From Actinomycetes bacterium (GTDB lineage: Bacteria > Actinomycetota > Actinomycetes > Actinomycetales > Cellulomonadaceae): 60,817 bases of DNA. The translations under genes were made by a program, and so were the position numbers. The notes beneath the pieces were generated by a model. The model saw only the letters and a program-made list of their open reading frames with translations. It had not been told where the DNA came from and did no database searches. The DNA lies in NCBI GenBank assembly GCA_023418375.1, contig JAEZZV010000131.1, positions 1 to 60,817 of the forward strand, written 5' to 3'. Each line of letters begins with the position of its first letter. The stretch's first letter is position 1. Below, in pieces: positions 29,726 through 38,206 of the stretch.

Positions 29726-30579
29726 CCGCACCCGCGCCCCGCGTCTCCGTCGTCGTGCCCGCGTACAACAACGCCGCGTACATCGAACCGACACTCCGCT
29801 CGGTCCTCGCCCAGACGATGCCGGATCTCGAGCTCGTCGTCGCGGACCACTCGTCGACCGACGAGACGTGGGACCTGCTGCAACCGTTCGCCGACGACCC
29901 GCGCGTCCGACTGCTGCGCACGCCCGCAGGGGGAGGCGCCAAGCGCAACTGGGACCGCGTCAGCCAGGAGGCCACGGCTCCCTACCTCAAGCTCGTGTGC
30001 GGCGACGACCTCCTCTACCCCGAGAGCCTCGAGCGGCAGGTCGCCGCTCTGGAGCGGGCCGGGGACGGAGCCGTCATGGTGGCGTCCCCGCGCGACCTCA
30101 TCGACGGGCGCGGCGAGGTCTTCGTCCGCTCACGCGGTCTTGCTGGGCTCTCGGGCGTCGTGGACGGCAGGCAGGCCCTGCGCTCGATCGTCCGGAGCGG
30201 GACGAACCCGTTGGGGGAACCCGCGTCCGTCCTCCTGCGCCGCTCAGCGCTCGAGGCGGCGGGCTGGTGGGACGACACGTTCCCCTACTACATCGACGCC
30301 GGGACCTACGCGCGCGTGCTGCTGCTCGGAGACCTCGTCGCCCTGCCGGAGACCCTGGCCGCCTTCCGGGTGAGCGCCGGCCAGTGGAGCGTCAGGCTCG
30401 CGCGCGAGCAGCACCACCAGGCAGCCGGCTTCCACCGCCGGGCGCGGGAACTGGCACCCGGGACGATCACGACCGGGGACGTCCGCCGGGGGAACGCCCT
30501 CGCCCGCGTCGCCGCGGCCCAGCGCCGGCTCGCCTACCTGTGGCTGGGCCGGCGGATGCGCGCTCCTGGCGTGCGCTGA
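29722..30579 (+). CDS. Glycosyltransferase family 2
   Basis: VSVVVPAYN, SVLAQT, DHSSTD, CGDD, GEP, FRVS..QWS. Confidence 0.9.
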   Translation: MTAPAPRVSVVVPAYNNAAYIEPTLRSVLAQTMPDLELVVADHSSTDETWDLLQPFADDPRVRLLRTPAGGGAKRNWDRVSQEATAPYLKLVCGDDLLYPESLERQVAALERAGDGAVMVASPRDLIDGRGEVFVRSRGLAGLSGVVDGRQALRSIVRSGTNPLGEPASVLLRRSALEAAGWWDDTFPYYIDAGTYARVLLLGDLVALPETLAAFRVSAGQWSVRLAREQHHQAAGFHRRARELAPGTITTGDVRRGNALARVAAAQRRLAYLWLGRRMRAPGVR

Positions 30580-30588
30580 CCCGTCACG

Positions 30589-30627
30589 ACGGTGTGGCCC
30601 CGCGCTGATCGCGCGGGGCCACACCGT
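30589..30627. terminator. Hairpin between convergent genes (probable bidirectional terminator)
   Basis: Perfect 17-bp stem acggtgtggccccgcgc / gcgcggggccacaccgt with a 5-nt loop. Confidence 0.8.
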
Positions 30628-30642
30628 TGTCGTCTCCGTCGG

Positions 30643-32412
30643 TCAGCCGACGGTCACCCCTGAACGGCAGGCGATCAGGGGGTTGTGACCCGTCGGTCCG
30701 TTGATCGCGTAGACGCAGACCTGGTGCTGGCCGGGCGCGGCAGGGACGGTCGTCGCGAACCCGGTCTGACCGCCCGCACCCCGCACCGCCGCGGCGACGT
30801 CGGGGCGCTCCCCGCCCGTCGTCGTCGAGCCGGCGAAGCCGCCGTCGACATAGACGTGCAGGCTCGTCGGGCCACCCGCGTCGGCGTCCCAGGCCCAGCC
30901 CGAGACCGTGACCGCCCCGGCGGATCCCGTCGCCTGGTCCAGGAAGCCCGTCGGCTGCGCGTTCACGACGGTCACGGAGCTGCAGCCGAGCAGCGGGTTC
31001 GTGCTGGTCGGAACGTTGATCGCGTAGATGCAGACGCGGTGCGTGCCCGCGGCGACGGGGAACTCCCCGGTGTAGCCGCGGTTCGGCCCGGCCGCCGGGA
31101 ACGCCGCGCCCACGTCGGGCCGCGACCGGTCGGCGCGCAGCGTGCCGAGGTGCTGGCCGTTGATGTACGCGTGCAGCTCGACCGGCGCCTCGGTGTCGCG
31201 GTCCCAGGCCCATCCGGAGACCACGACCGAGGACGGCGTCGGCGTCACGGCGTCGAGGAAGCCCATCGGACCCGTGTTCACCGCCGTGACCGACGTGCAG
31301 CCCAAGAGCGGGTTGGGGCCCTGCGGCTGGTTGATGCCGTAGACGCACACGTTGTGACGACCCTCGGCGACCGGGATGTCCACCGTGAAGCCGTGGTTGT
31401 CGCCCCAGCCCGGGTACGCCGCTCCCACGTCCGGACGCGAGGTGTTCGCGATGGCGCCCGTGGCGACGCCGTCGACGTAGGCGTGCACGGTGATCGGGTC
31501 GTGCGTGTCGGGGTCCAGGGCCCACCCGGAGACCCGCAGGGTCGTGGCCCCGACGACCGTCGCGGAGTCCAGGAAGCCGACCGGAGCCGAGCTGATGGTG
31601 GAGCCGAACCAGTCGGTGAAGTACGCCCAGAAGTTCCGGTTCCCGTACGACGAGCACGCGTCACCGGTCCCGTAACCCGCGGCGAGCGCCGCGGCGTTGG
31701 GCTGGTACGGGGTGTAGTTGTACAGGCTGGCGGTGGCCTGGTTCCGGATCAGCACCTGGGAGGAGCCGCACTGCGGCTTGCTCGCGGGGTAGTAACCGAT
31801 CGTGTTCACGGCGCCGGCCTTGAAGGTGTAGCGCGTCGGGTTGAGCGCGTAGTTCCGGAACTGCGAGGCCGCCGAGTACACCTGGTTGAAGAAGCCGTAG
31901 TACCGCGTGTCGCACGCGGCGCTGTCCGGGCACCCGTACCCCATCGCCTTGCGGTACGTCTCAGCGGTGCCAGCCGTCTTGCGCGTGATCAGGCTCTGCT
32001 CCTTCTGGAGCGTCACGATGAGGACCCGCGGGTTGATCCCGCACGCCTGGGCGACCTTGGTGATGATGGCCGCAGCCGTCTCGTCCTGTGCGCCGACGTA
32101 CGGCCGCGGGCAACGGGCGTCCGCGGGGCGGTCGGCCGTGGTCTGCCGGTAGTCCTTCAGGCACGCCGTCCCGTCGGCGGCCGGCTTGCAGTCGGCCCCC
32201 TTCGTGTTCAGGAACGCCTGGACGGCCTCCTGGGACATCGCCGACGAGTCGTAGAACACGGTGTCGCTGATGATGTAGCCCGGGTCGAAGCGCGACATGT
32301 CGGCTGCCTGCGCCGCCTGGGGGGCGACCAGGAGGGCGACCAGCCCGGAGCCGATGACGAGGGCCGAGGCGACGACCGCACTCAGGAGACGGCGCGAGGT
32401 GAGCGGCTTCAT
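30643..32412 (-). CDS. Secreted protein: 'hemagglutinin-related' (possibly lysozyme-like) N-terminal domain plus three ~100-aa repeats
   Basis: Signal peptide ending AQA; FDPGYIISD, INPRVLIVTLQKEQSL, GYGCPD, LYNYTPYQPN, YGNRNFW..FTDWFG; C-terminal repeats. Confidence 0.8.
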   Translation of the reverse strand: MKPLTSRRLLSAVVASALVIGSGLVALLVAPQAAQAADMSRFDPGYIISDTVFYDSSAMSQEAVQAFLNTKGADCKPAADGTACLKDYRQTTADRPADARCPRPYVGAQDETAAAIITKVAQACGINPRVLIVTLQKEQSLITRKTAGTAETYRKAMGYGCPDSAACDTRYYGFFNQVYSAASQFRNYALNPTRYTFKAGAVNTIGYYPASKPQCGSSQVLIRNQATASLYNYTPYQPNAAALAAGYGTGDACSSYGNRNFWAYFTDWFGSTISSAPVGFLDSATVVGATTLRVSGWALDPDTHDPITVHAYVDGVATGAIANTSRPDVGAAYPGWGDNHGFTVDIPVAEGRHNVCVYGINQPQGPNPLLGCTSVTAVNTGPMGFLDAVTPTPSSVVVSGWAWDRDTEAPVELHAYINGQHLGTLRADRSRPDVGAAFPAAGPNRGYTGEFPVAAGTHRVCIYAINVPTSTNPLLGCSSVTVVNAQPTGFLDQATGSAGAVTVSGWAWDADAGGPTSLHVYVDGGFAGSTTTGGERPDVAAAVRGAGGQTGFATTVPAAPGQHQVCVYAINGPTGHNPLIACRSGVTVG

Positions 32413-33005
32413 GGGATTCCTATCGGGACCGCGGGTGCCGCACCTGAGGACGTCGGCGACACGTATCGAAGGACGGCGTTCCAGTCACCACCGTGCGGGA
32501 TGGCGGAGCGGGGCACCGAAACGGCGCCGCACGAGGTCGCGGCCGCATCGGCCACGGCAGCTGCACTGCCCTCGACGACGTCGTCGCCGGAGGTCAGCGT
32601 GAGGTAGCAGGTGCCGCCGTCCTCGACGACACCTGCGACGTACCCCGCCACCTGCGCCTCGCCGGCGGTGCCCGCACTCGGATCCCACATCGACCACGTC
32701 GTGACGACGTCCACCGGGGCGAGGCTCGGTGGCGGGGCCGGCGCGGCGTCCGGGCTGGCGGTGGGGGTCGCCGACGCCGTCGGCCCGGGCACCTCCTCGG
32801 CCGTGGTGGGGGCGGGCGTGCCCTCCGGCTCGTGCGTCGGCTCGTCCGACGGCGTGGGTGCACTGCTCTGCGTCTGCCCCGAAGTCACGCGCGGGACGGG
32901 TTCGTCCACGGCGCCGTCGGCTCCACATCCGGCGGTCACGGCGGCGGCCGCGACCATGGCGAGGACGAGGACCCGACGCGAGCTGGCGTTCGCGGGCACA
33001 CTCAT
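32409..33005 (-). CDS. Putative lipoprotein (Pro/Thr linker plus small Cys-containing domain)
   Basis: Lipobox-like VTAGC after a hydrophobic stretch; ATGA overlap with the downstream gene. Confidence 0.7.
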   Translation of the reverse strand: MSVPANASSRRVLVLAMVAAAAVTAGCGADGAVDEPVPRVTSGQTQSSAPTPSDEPTHEPEGTPAPTTAEEVPGPTASATPTASPDAAPAPPPSLAPVDVVTTWSMWDPSAGTAGEAQVAGYVAGVVEDGGTCYLTLTSGDDVVEGSAAAVADAAATSCGAVSVPRSAIPHGGDWNAVLRYVSPTSSGAAPAVPIGIP

Positions 33006-33087
33006 GGCACCCACCGTACGGGCTGCGGCCGTGCAGGGGACGACCGCGACACGCTCTACCCTGAATCGCCGAACGGAGGTGGGCGCA

Positions 33088-35355
33088 GTGCCGCGGACGG
33101 AGCCAGGGACGGACGACGAGATCGACACCGCTGACCCGCCCGCCGTTCCGGTCGAGCCCGCGACGGAGGCGCGCGCACCAGCCGGAGACGCTCCGTCAGC
33201 GGACGGAAGACGTGCCCGCACGGCGCTCGCACGAGGGACCACGGTGCTGCTGTGGGCCGCGGCCGCCGCCGCGACAGCGGTGATGGTGCGTCTGCACGCC
33301 GCTGCCGCGGCCTCCGCGACCGTGCCCGTCTTCTCGGACGACGAGATCGGTCCGCTCGCGACAGCGCACCTCGTCGCGGGGGTGGGACCCACCATGGAGC
33401 TGGCGAATCTGAGCTACTACCCCGGTTGGGCCGTCGCGATCGCGCCCCTGTGGTGGTTCACCGAGGACCCACGCACCGTCTACCACCTCGCCGTCGCTCT
33501 CGCCGCCGCGTGCGCCTGCCTGACGGCCCTCCCGCTCGCTGCCGTCGCGCGTGCCGTGACCGGCATCAGGGTGCCGACGGCCCTGCTCGTGGGGACGGTG
33601 GTGATGACGGCACCGTCCCGGGTCGTCATGTCGAACTACGCCCTCACCGAGGCCTTCTTCGCCCTGGTCGTCGCCTGCACGGCGTGGCTGGGTCTGCGGC
33701 ACTGGCGGAGGCGGACCTGGGTCTCGGGCCTGGCCCTGGCGGTCGCGGCCTCGTTCGCGTTCTTCAGTCACGGGCGCGGCGTCGTCGTGCCGATCGCGAC
33801 GGCGATGCTGCTCGTCGTGTCCTGGCTGCGCGGGCGGGACCGCCGCGACCTCGTCTGGCTCGCGACGCTCGTCGTCACCACGGTCGTCCTCTTCCGCGTC
33901 CACCAGTCGCTCTCGGCGACCATCTACCCTGCGACGACCGACTCCCGCGAGGACTTCGCCGTGCGTGGCGTGATCGACGGCCTCCGGGGTCCCCTCGGCC
34001 AGGGCGCGGCCGGCCAGCTGTGGTACGCCCTCGCCGCGTGGTGCGCCCTTCCCCTGCTCGGGGCGGTCGTCCTCGTCCGCCGGGCCTGGCGCGAGTGGCG
34101 CACCGATCGCGTCGTCGGCGCCGCGGCGTGGTGGGCGGTGACGGTGCTCGGCGGGGTCGGCATGGCAAGCCTCGCGGCGACGAACATCATGGCCCGGGAC
34201 TCCGAGCGCTTCGACGTGCAGATGTACGGCCGGTACGTCGACCCGTTCCTCCTCCCGCTGGCAGCCCTCGCCCTGGCCTCTGTCGCGGCGGGTCTCGTCC
34301 CGCTCGTCCGGCGGACGACCGCCGCGCTCGCGGTGCTCGTCGCAGGCGGGTTCGTGGCGATGTGGGACGCGGTCGGCCAGGCGGACGGCGTCTGGTACCC
34401 CATCAACATCGCCGGCCTGCTCGCCTGGGACTGGTCGGGGCTGCCTGGCCAGACGACGCGCTCGGTCCACCTCGCGACGCTCGCAGGTCTCGTCGTGCTC
34501 GCCCTCGTCCTGACGTTCCGAGGGCGGCTCCGGTTCGTCGGGATCGTCGCGGTCGCGGTCGCCCTGACGCTGTCGACCGAGCAGGCGCAGACCGAGACGG
34601 TGTGGCCGTGGAACGCCGCGAACCGCTCGGAGCAGCCGATCGTCCCGGCGATGGCGGCGCTCGACGAGGCGCTCGGCACGACCGTTCCCGTCGAGTTCCT
34701 CGAGCTCGGCGCCCCCTACCCCAGCCAGAACTTCACGCAGTACTGGCTTGCGCAGCGTGACGTCACCGTCCTGCACGCGTCGCGGGACGCCAGCCCGGAC
34801 GCGGTGGTCGTGGCAAACCCTCGCTGGGTGATCGGCAGGTACGTCCTCGACGCGCGACGCATCGCCGTGCTCCCTGGCCGTCACGAGGCGCTCTGGGTGC
34901 TGCCCGGACAGCTCTCGCGCCAGCTCGATGCCGCCGGCCTCCTGGAACCGAGGCCTGGACGCCCGCTGGAGGACCTGTCGCACCGGCTCGAGCTCGTCGA
35001 TGATCTGCCGCGGACCGCCCGCAGCGGCGCCCAGAGCGCGGTCGAGGTGATCGTGACGAACCAGGGCACGCAGACCTGGCCCGGACTGACGACCACGCCA
35101 GAGGACTCCCCCGGTGCCGTGCGCCTCGTCCTTCGGTGGACTCAGGGCGAGAGCGCCACCCTCGGTCTCGTGGATCTGAACGGAAGCCTCCTGCCCGGCG
35201 AGAGCGCACGCCTGGCGGTCCCGCTTGAACCCCCCGAGAGCTTCGCACCCGGGATGGCCACTGTGGGGCTCTTCCTCATCCAGGAGGGGCTTGCGCCGCT
35301 CGGGGACGGCGTCTCCACGGACATCCTCATCCTTCGCCATCCAAGGGTTCCCTGA
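33088..35355 (+). CDS. Polytopic membrane protein, putative GT-C glycosyltransferase with C-terminal Ig-like domain
   Basis: DDE.G and YYPGW loop motifs, YGRY.DP, about 12 TM segments, V.VTNQG..TWP Ig-like tail; GGAGGT RBS. Confidence 0.7.
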   Translation: MPRTEPGTDDEIDTADPPAVPVEPATEARAPAGDAPSADGRRARTALARGTTVLLWAAAAAATAVMVRLHAAAAASATVPVFSDDEIGPLATAHLVAGVGPTMELANLSYYPGWAVAIAPLWWFTEDPRTVYHLAVALAAACACLTALPLAAVARAVTGIRVPTALLVGTVVMTAPSRVVMSNYALTEAFFALVVACTAWLGLRHWRRRTWVSGLALAVAASFAFFSHGRGVVVPIATAMLLVVSWLRGRDRRDLVWLATLVVTTVVLFRVHQSLSATIYPATTDSREDFAVRGVIDGLRGPLGQGAAGQLWYALAAWCALPLLGAVVLVRRAWREWRTDRVVGAAAWWAVTVLGGVGMASLAATNIMARDSERFDVQMYGRYVDPFLLPLAALALASVAAGLVPLVRRTTAALAVLVAGGFVAMWDAVGQADGVWYPINIAGLLAWDWSGLPGQTTRSVHLATLAGLVVLALVLTFRGRLRFVGIVAVAVALTLSTEQAQTETVWPWNAANRSEQPIVPAMAALDEALGTTVPVEFLELGAPYPSQNFTQYWLAQRDVTVLHASRDASPDAVVVANPRWVIGRYVLDARRIAVLPGRHEALWVLPGQLSRQLDAAGLLEPRPGRPLEDLSHRLELVDDLPRTARSGAQSAVEVIVTNQGTQTWPGLTTTPEDSPGAVRLVLRWTQGESATLGLVDLNGSLLPGESARLAVPLEPPESFAPGMATVGLFLIQEGLAPLGDGVSTDILILRHPRVP

Positions 35356-36283
35356 GACGCTCCGGCGACCGCCGCGCCCTCCTCAGAACCACGGGCAGGA
35401 CGCCGATGCCGGCCGCCAGAGCGTCGGCCGCCATCATGAGTCCGCGACTCGCGACGGCGACCACGAGGGCATCGGACGTCCCGACGAGCGGTGCGAGGAG
35501 GGCCACGAGCGCCCCCTCGCGTGCCCCCGCGCCCGCGGGTGCGACGACGACGACCAGGCCTACGACCCACGCCAGCGCGTAGGCGCTCGCTACCCGGAGC
35601 ACGTCGCTCGCGCCCGCCTCCGGCGCCATCAGCGGGACCGCGAGCGCCCAGGCGTGCGCGCCGAACGCGGCCCACATCACGAGCGCCCAGGCGGCGGAGG
35701 CGGCCAGCGCCCCACCTGCCACGCGGCCGACCACCAACGGGCGGCGGACGAGTCGCGCGCCGAGGGCCAGGAGCCGGTTGAACACGGGGGGCGCGAGCGC
35801 GACCGCGCCAGCGGCGACGAGGACGAGCGCTGGCCAGGTCAGCCCCGCCTGCAGGTCACCGGCGGTGAGCACGTGGACCGCGGCACCGCCTGCGGCCCCT
35901 GTCACGACGAGAACGGCGAGCGAGGCGAGCGCCACGACGGCCGTGCGCGCGCGGGACACCCCGTACGCCCGGCCCATCTCAGCCTGCCCGACGACCGCCC
36001 AGACGCTTCCTGGCACGTACTTGCCCAGCTGGCCGACGAGGTAGACGTGCGCCGAGGGAGCGAACGCCACGCGTGATCCGGTGGCGAGCAGAAGGCAGCG
36101 CCAGGACATGACCTGGGCGCCGAGCCCCACTAGCGCCCACCCGGTGGCCGCGACAAGGTCCTGGGCGCGCATCCGCCCCGCGGCGTCGACGACGGCCGGC
36201 CACTGCTGGATCGCCGCCCACGCGAGCAGCGCGACCGCAGCGACGACGAAGACCACACGCGCTGCTTGGGCTCGGGAACGCAT
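35327..36283 (-). CDS. Lysylphosphatidylglycerol-synthase-TM / flippase-like membrane protein (UPF0104/AglD2-like)
   Basis: GQLGKYVPGSVW, PAGAGARE, VASR motifs. Confidence 0.85.
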   Translation of the reverse strand: MRSRAQAARVVFVVAAVALLAWAAIQQWPAVVDAAGRMRAQDLVAATGWALVGLGAQVMSWRCLLLATGSRVAFAPSAHVYLVGQLGKYVPGSVWAVVGQAEMGRAYGVSRARTAVVALASLAVLVVTGAAGGAAVHVLTAGDLQAGLTWPALVLVAAGAVALAPPVFNRLLALGARLVRRPLVVGRVAGGALAASAAWALVMWAAFGAHAWALAVPLMAPEAGASDVLRVASAYALAWVVGLVVVVAPAGAGAREGALVALLAPLVGTSDALVVAVASRGLMMAADALAAGIGVLPVVLRRARRSPERLREPLDGEG

Positions 36284-36356
36284 GCATGGGAGACTAGGCG
36301 GCCACAGCCCGCCGCTACGCCAGCCCCCTGCCGACGAACGAAGGTGCGTGCCGATC

Positions 36357-37124
36357 ATGCCCCGCGTGGGAGCGACAGCCCGCTCTGTCTACATCGGGGC
36401 CGCCAGGATCGCACGCCGCGTTGCCGCCCGCAGCGGCTTCCTGCGTGCGCTCGACGCGCGGTACGACAAGAACCGCACCGGCCCCGTCCGCCATCTGCGG
36501 ACCCTCTTCGCCATCCATGACGTCGACGACCTCGTCCGGCTGGACGTGCCGTGGTGGACCTACCCGGCCATCAGTGCCGTCGACGCCCACCTGGCCCGGC
36601 TCGGCGGGAGGGCGCGCGCCTTCGAGTACGGCTCGGGCGCGAGCACGGTCTGGCTCGCCCGGCGGTGCGCGAGCGTGCACAGCGTCGAGCACGACGCCGC
36701 GTTCGCCGCCGTCGTGGCCGGGCTCCTGGACACGACGGCGGGGCTCGGGGAGGTCACCTACGAGCAGGTGGCGGCCGTGCGTTCCGCCACCCCGACCGTG
36801 GCTTCCGGCCGTCGTGGGGAGGAAGGGCTGGACTACGCCGACTACCGCGCCGCGATCACGCGGGCCGGCGGCACCTACGACCTCATCTGCATCGACGGCA
36901 GAGCGCGCATGGCGTGCCTCGAGGCCGCGCTCCCCCACCTCGCACCCGGCGGCCTCATCCTCGTCGACGACGCTCAGCGCCCCCGCTACCGCGAGGGCAT
37001 GGCCCGCTCCGGCCTTGCCGTCCACCGCTGCTGGGGGTGGGTGCCGACGTTGCCGTATCCGAGGCAGACGGCGCTCCTGTCCGTACCTCAGCCCGTCACT
37101 CCCACGACCCCAGGTGCCGCATGA
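36357..37124 (+). CDS. Class I SAM-dependent methyltransferase
   Basis: PWWTY.A, FEYGSGASTVW, SVEHD, DLICIDGRAR, PGGLILVDD. Confidence 0.85.
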   Translation: MPRVGATARSVYIGAARIARRVAARSGFLRALDARYDKNRTGPVRHLRTLFAIHDVDDLVRLDVPWWTYPAISAVDAHLARLGGRARAFEYGSGASTVWLARRCASVHSVEHDAAFAAVVAGLLDTTAGLGEVTYEQVAAVRSATPTVASGRRGEEGLDYADYRAAITRAGGTYDLICIDGRARMACLEAALPHLAPGGLILVDDAQRPRYREGMARSGLAVHRCWGWVPTLPYPRQTALLSVPQPVTPTTPGAA

Positions 37125-38206
37125 AGGTCTTCGTCCAGATCCCTTGCCTCAACGAGGAGGAGACGCTCCCGCTCGTGCTGGCAGGAATCCCGAAGGCCGT
37201 CGCGGGCGTCGACGAGATCGAGGTGCTCGTCATCGACGACGGCTGCACCGATCGCACCGTGGACGTGGCGCGCTCGCTCGGTGTCCGTCACGTGGTCATG
37301 CACACGCGGACGATGGGCCTGGCGAGGTCGTTCCGCGACGGCGTCGACTACGCCTTGGCCCACGGTGCCGACATCGTCGTGAACACGGACGGCGACAACC
37401 AGTACCCGCAGGAGCGCATCCCGGATCTCCTGGCGCCGATCCTCGCCGGCGACGCCGACATCGTCATCGGTGACCGGCAGACCCGCACGGTCGCCCACTT
37501 CTCGCGGACCAAGAAGCTCATGCAGCGTTTCGGCAGCTTCGTCGTGAGCAAGGCGGCGAGCACGCACCTGCCGGACGCGGCCTCGGGGTTCCGCGCGTAC
37601 TCACGGCCTGCCCTGCGTCGGCTGAACGTGATCACCGACTTCAGCTACTGCATGGACACGATCATCCAGGCCGGTCACCGCCGACTCCGGATCGTCAGCA
37701 TCCCGGTGGTGACCAACCCCAAGACGCGGGAGTCGCGGCTCTTCAGCAGCGACTGGCACCACGTCTCGGCGTCGGCGGCGGCGATCGTCCGCTCCTACCT
37801 GATGTTCCGACCGTTCGTGCTCTTCGCCTCGCTCGGCGCGCTCCTGACCGTGCTGGGCGTCGCACCGTTCGTCCGCTACGCCGTGCTGTGGCTCACCAGC
37901 ACGCACCTCGGCGACCACCTGCAGTCGTTGATCATCGGCACGGTGCTCCTCGTCGCGGCCCTCCTGGCGTTCGCCCTGGGCGTGCTGTCGGATCTCCAGC
38001 GGACGAACCGGCGACTGCTCGAGGAGACGCTCGAGCGGATCAAGACGCTCCAGTACCCCGACCGCGACACCTCGTGGGCGCAGGTCCGTCCTGCCTCGAC
38101 GTCACCCGACGACGAGGTCGCGGCAGGCGAGCGGCGGGTTGAAGCCCACGGGCGTGTTGATCACGTAGAGGCAGACCCTGTGGCGGCCCGGCGCGACAGG
38201 GCCTAG
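37121..38206 (+). CDS. GT2 glycosyltransferase (DPM-like) with C-terminal TM helices
   Basis: QIPCLNEE, IDDG.TD, NTDGDNQY, DAASGFRAY, KTRESRLF. Confidence 0.9.
   Translation: MKVFVQIPCLNEEETLPLVLAGIPKAVAGVDEIEVLVIDDGCTDRTVDVARSLGVRHVVMHTRTMGLARSFRDGVDYALAHGADIVVNTDGDNQYPQERIPDLLAPILAGDADIVIGDRQTRTVAHFSRTKKLMQRFGSFVVSKAASTHLPDAASGFRAYSRPALRRLNVITDFSYCMDTIIQAGHRRLRIVSIPVVTNPKTRESRLFSSDWHHVSASAAAIVRSYLMFRPFVLFASLGALLTVLGVAPFVRYAVLWLTSTHLGDHLQSLIIGTVLLVAALLAFALGVLSDLQRTNRRLLEETLERIKTLQYPDRDTSWAQVRPASTSPDDEVAAGERRVEAHGRVDHVEADPVAARRDRA

Noticed and set aside
32611..33087. N-terminal extension of the 914-aa ORF
   Set aside because: Overlaps the minus-strand lipoprotein; a GGAGGT RBS supports GTG 33088 as the start.
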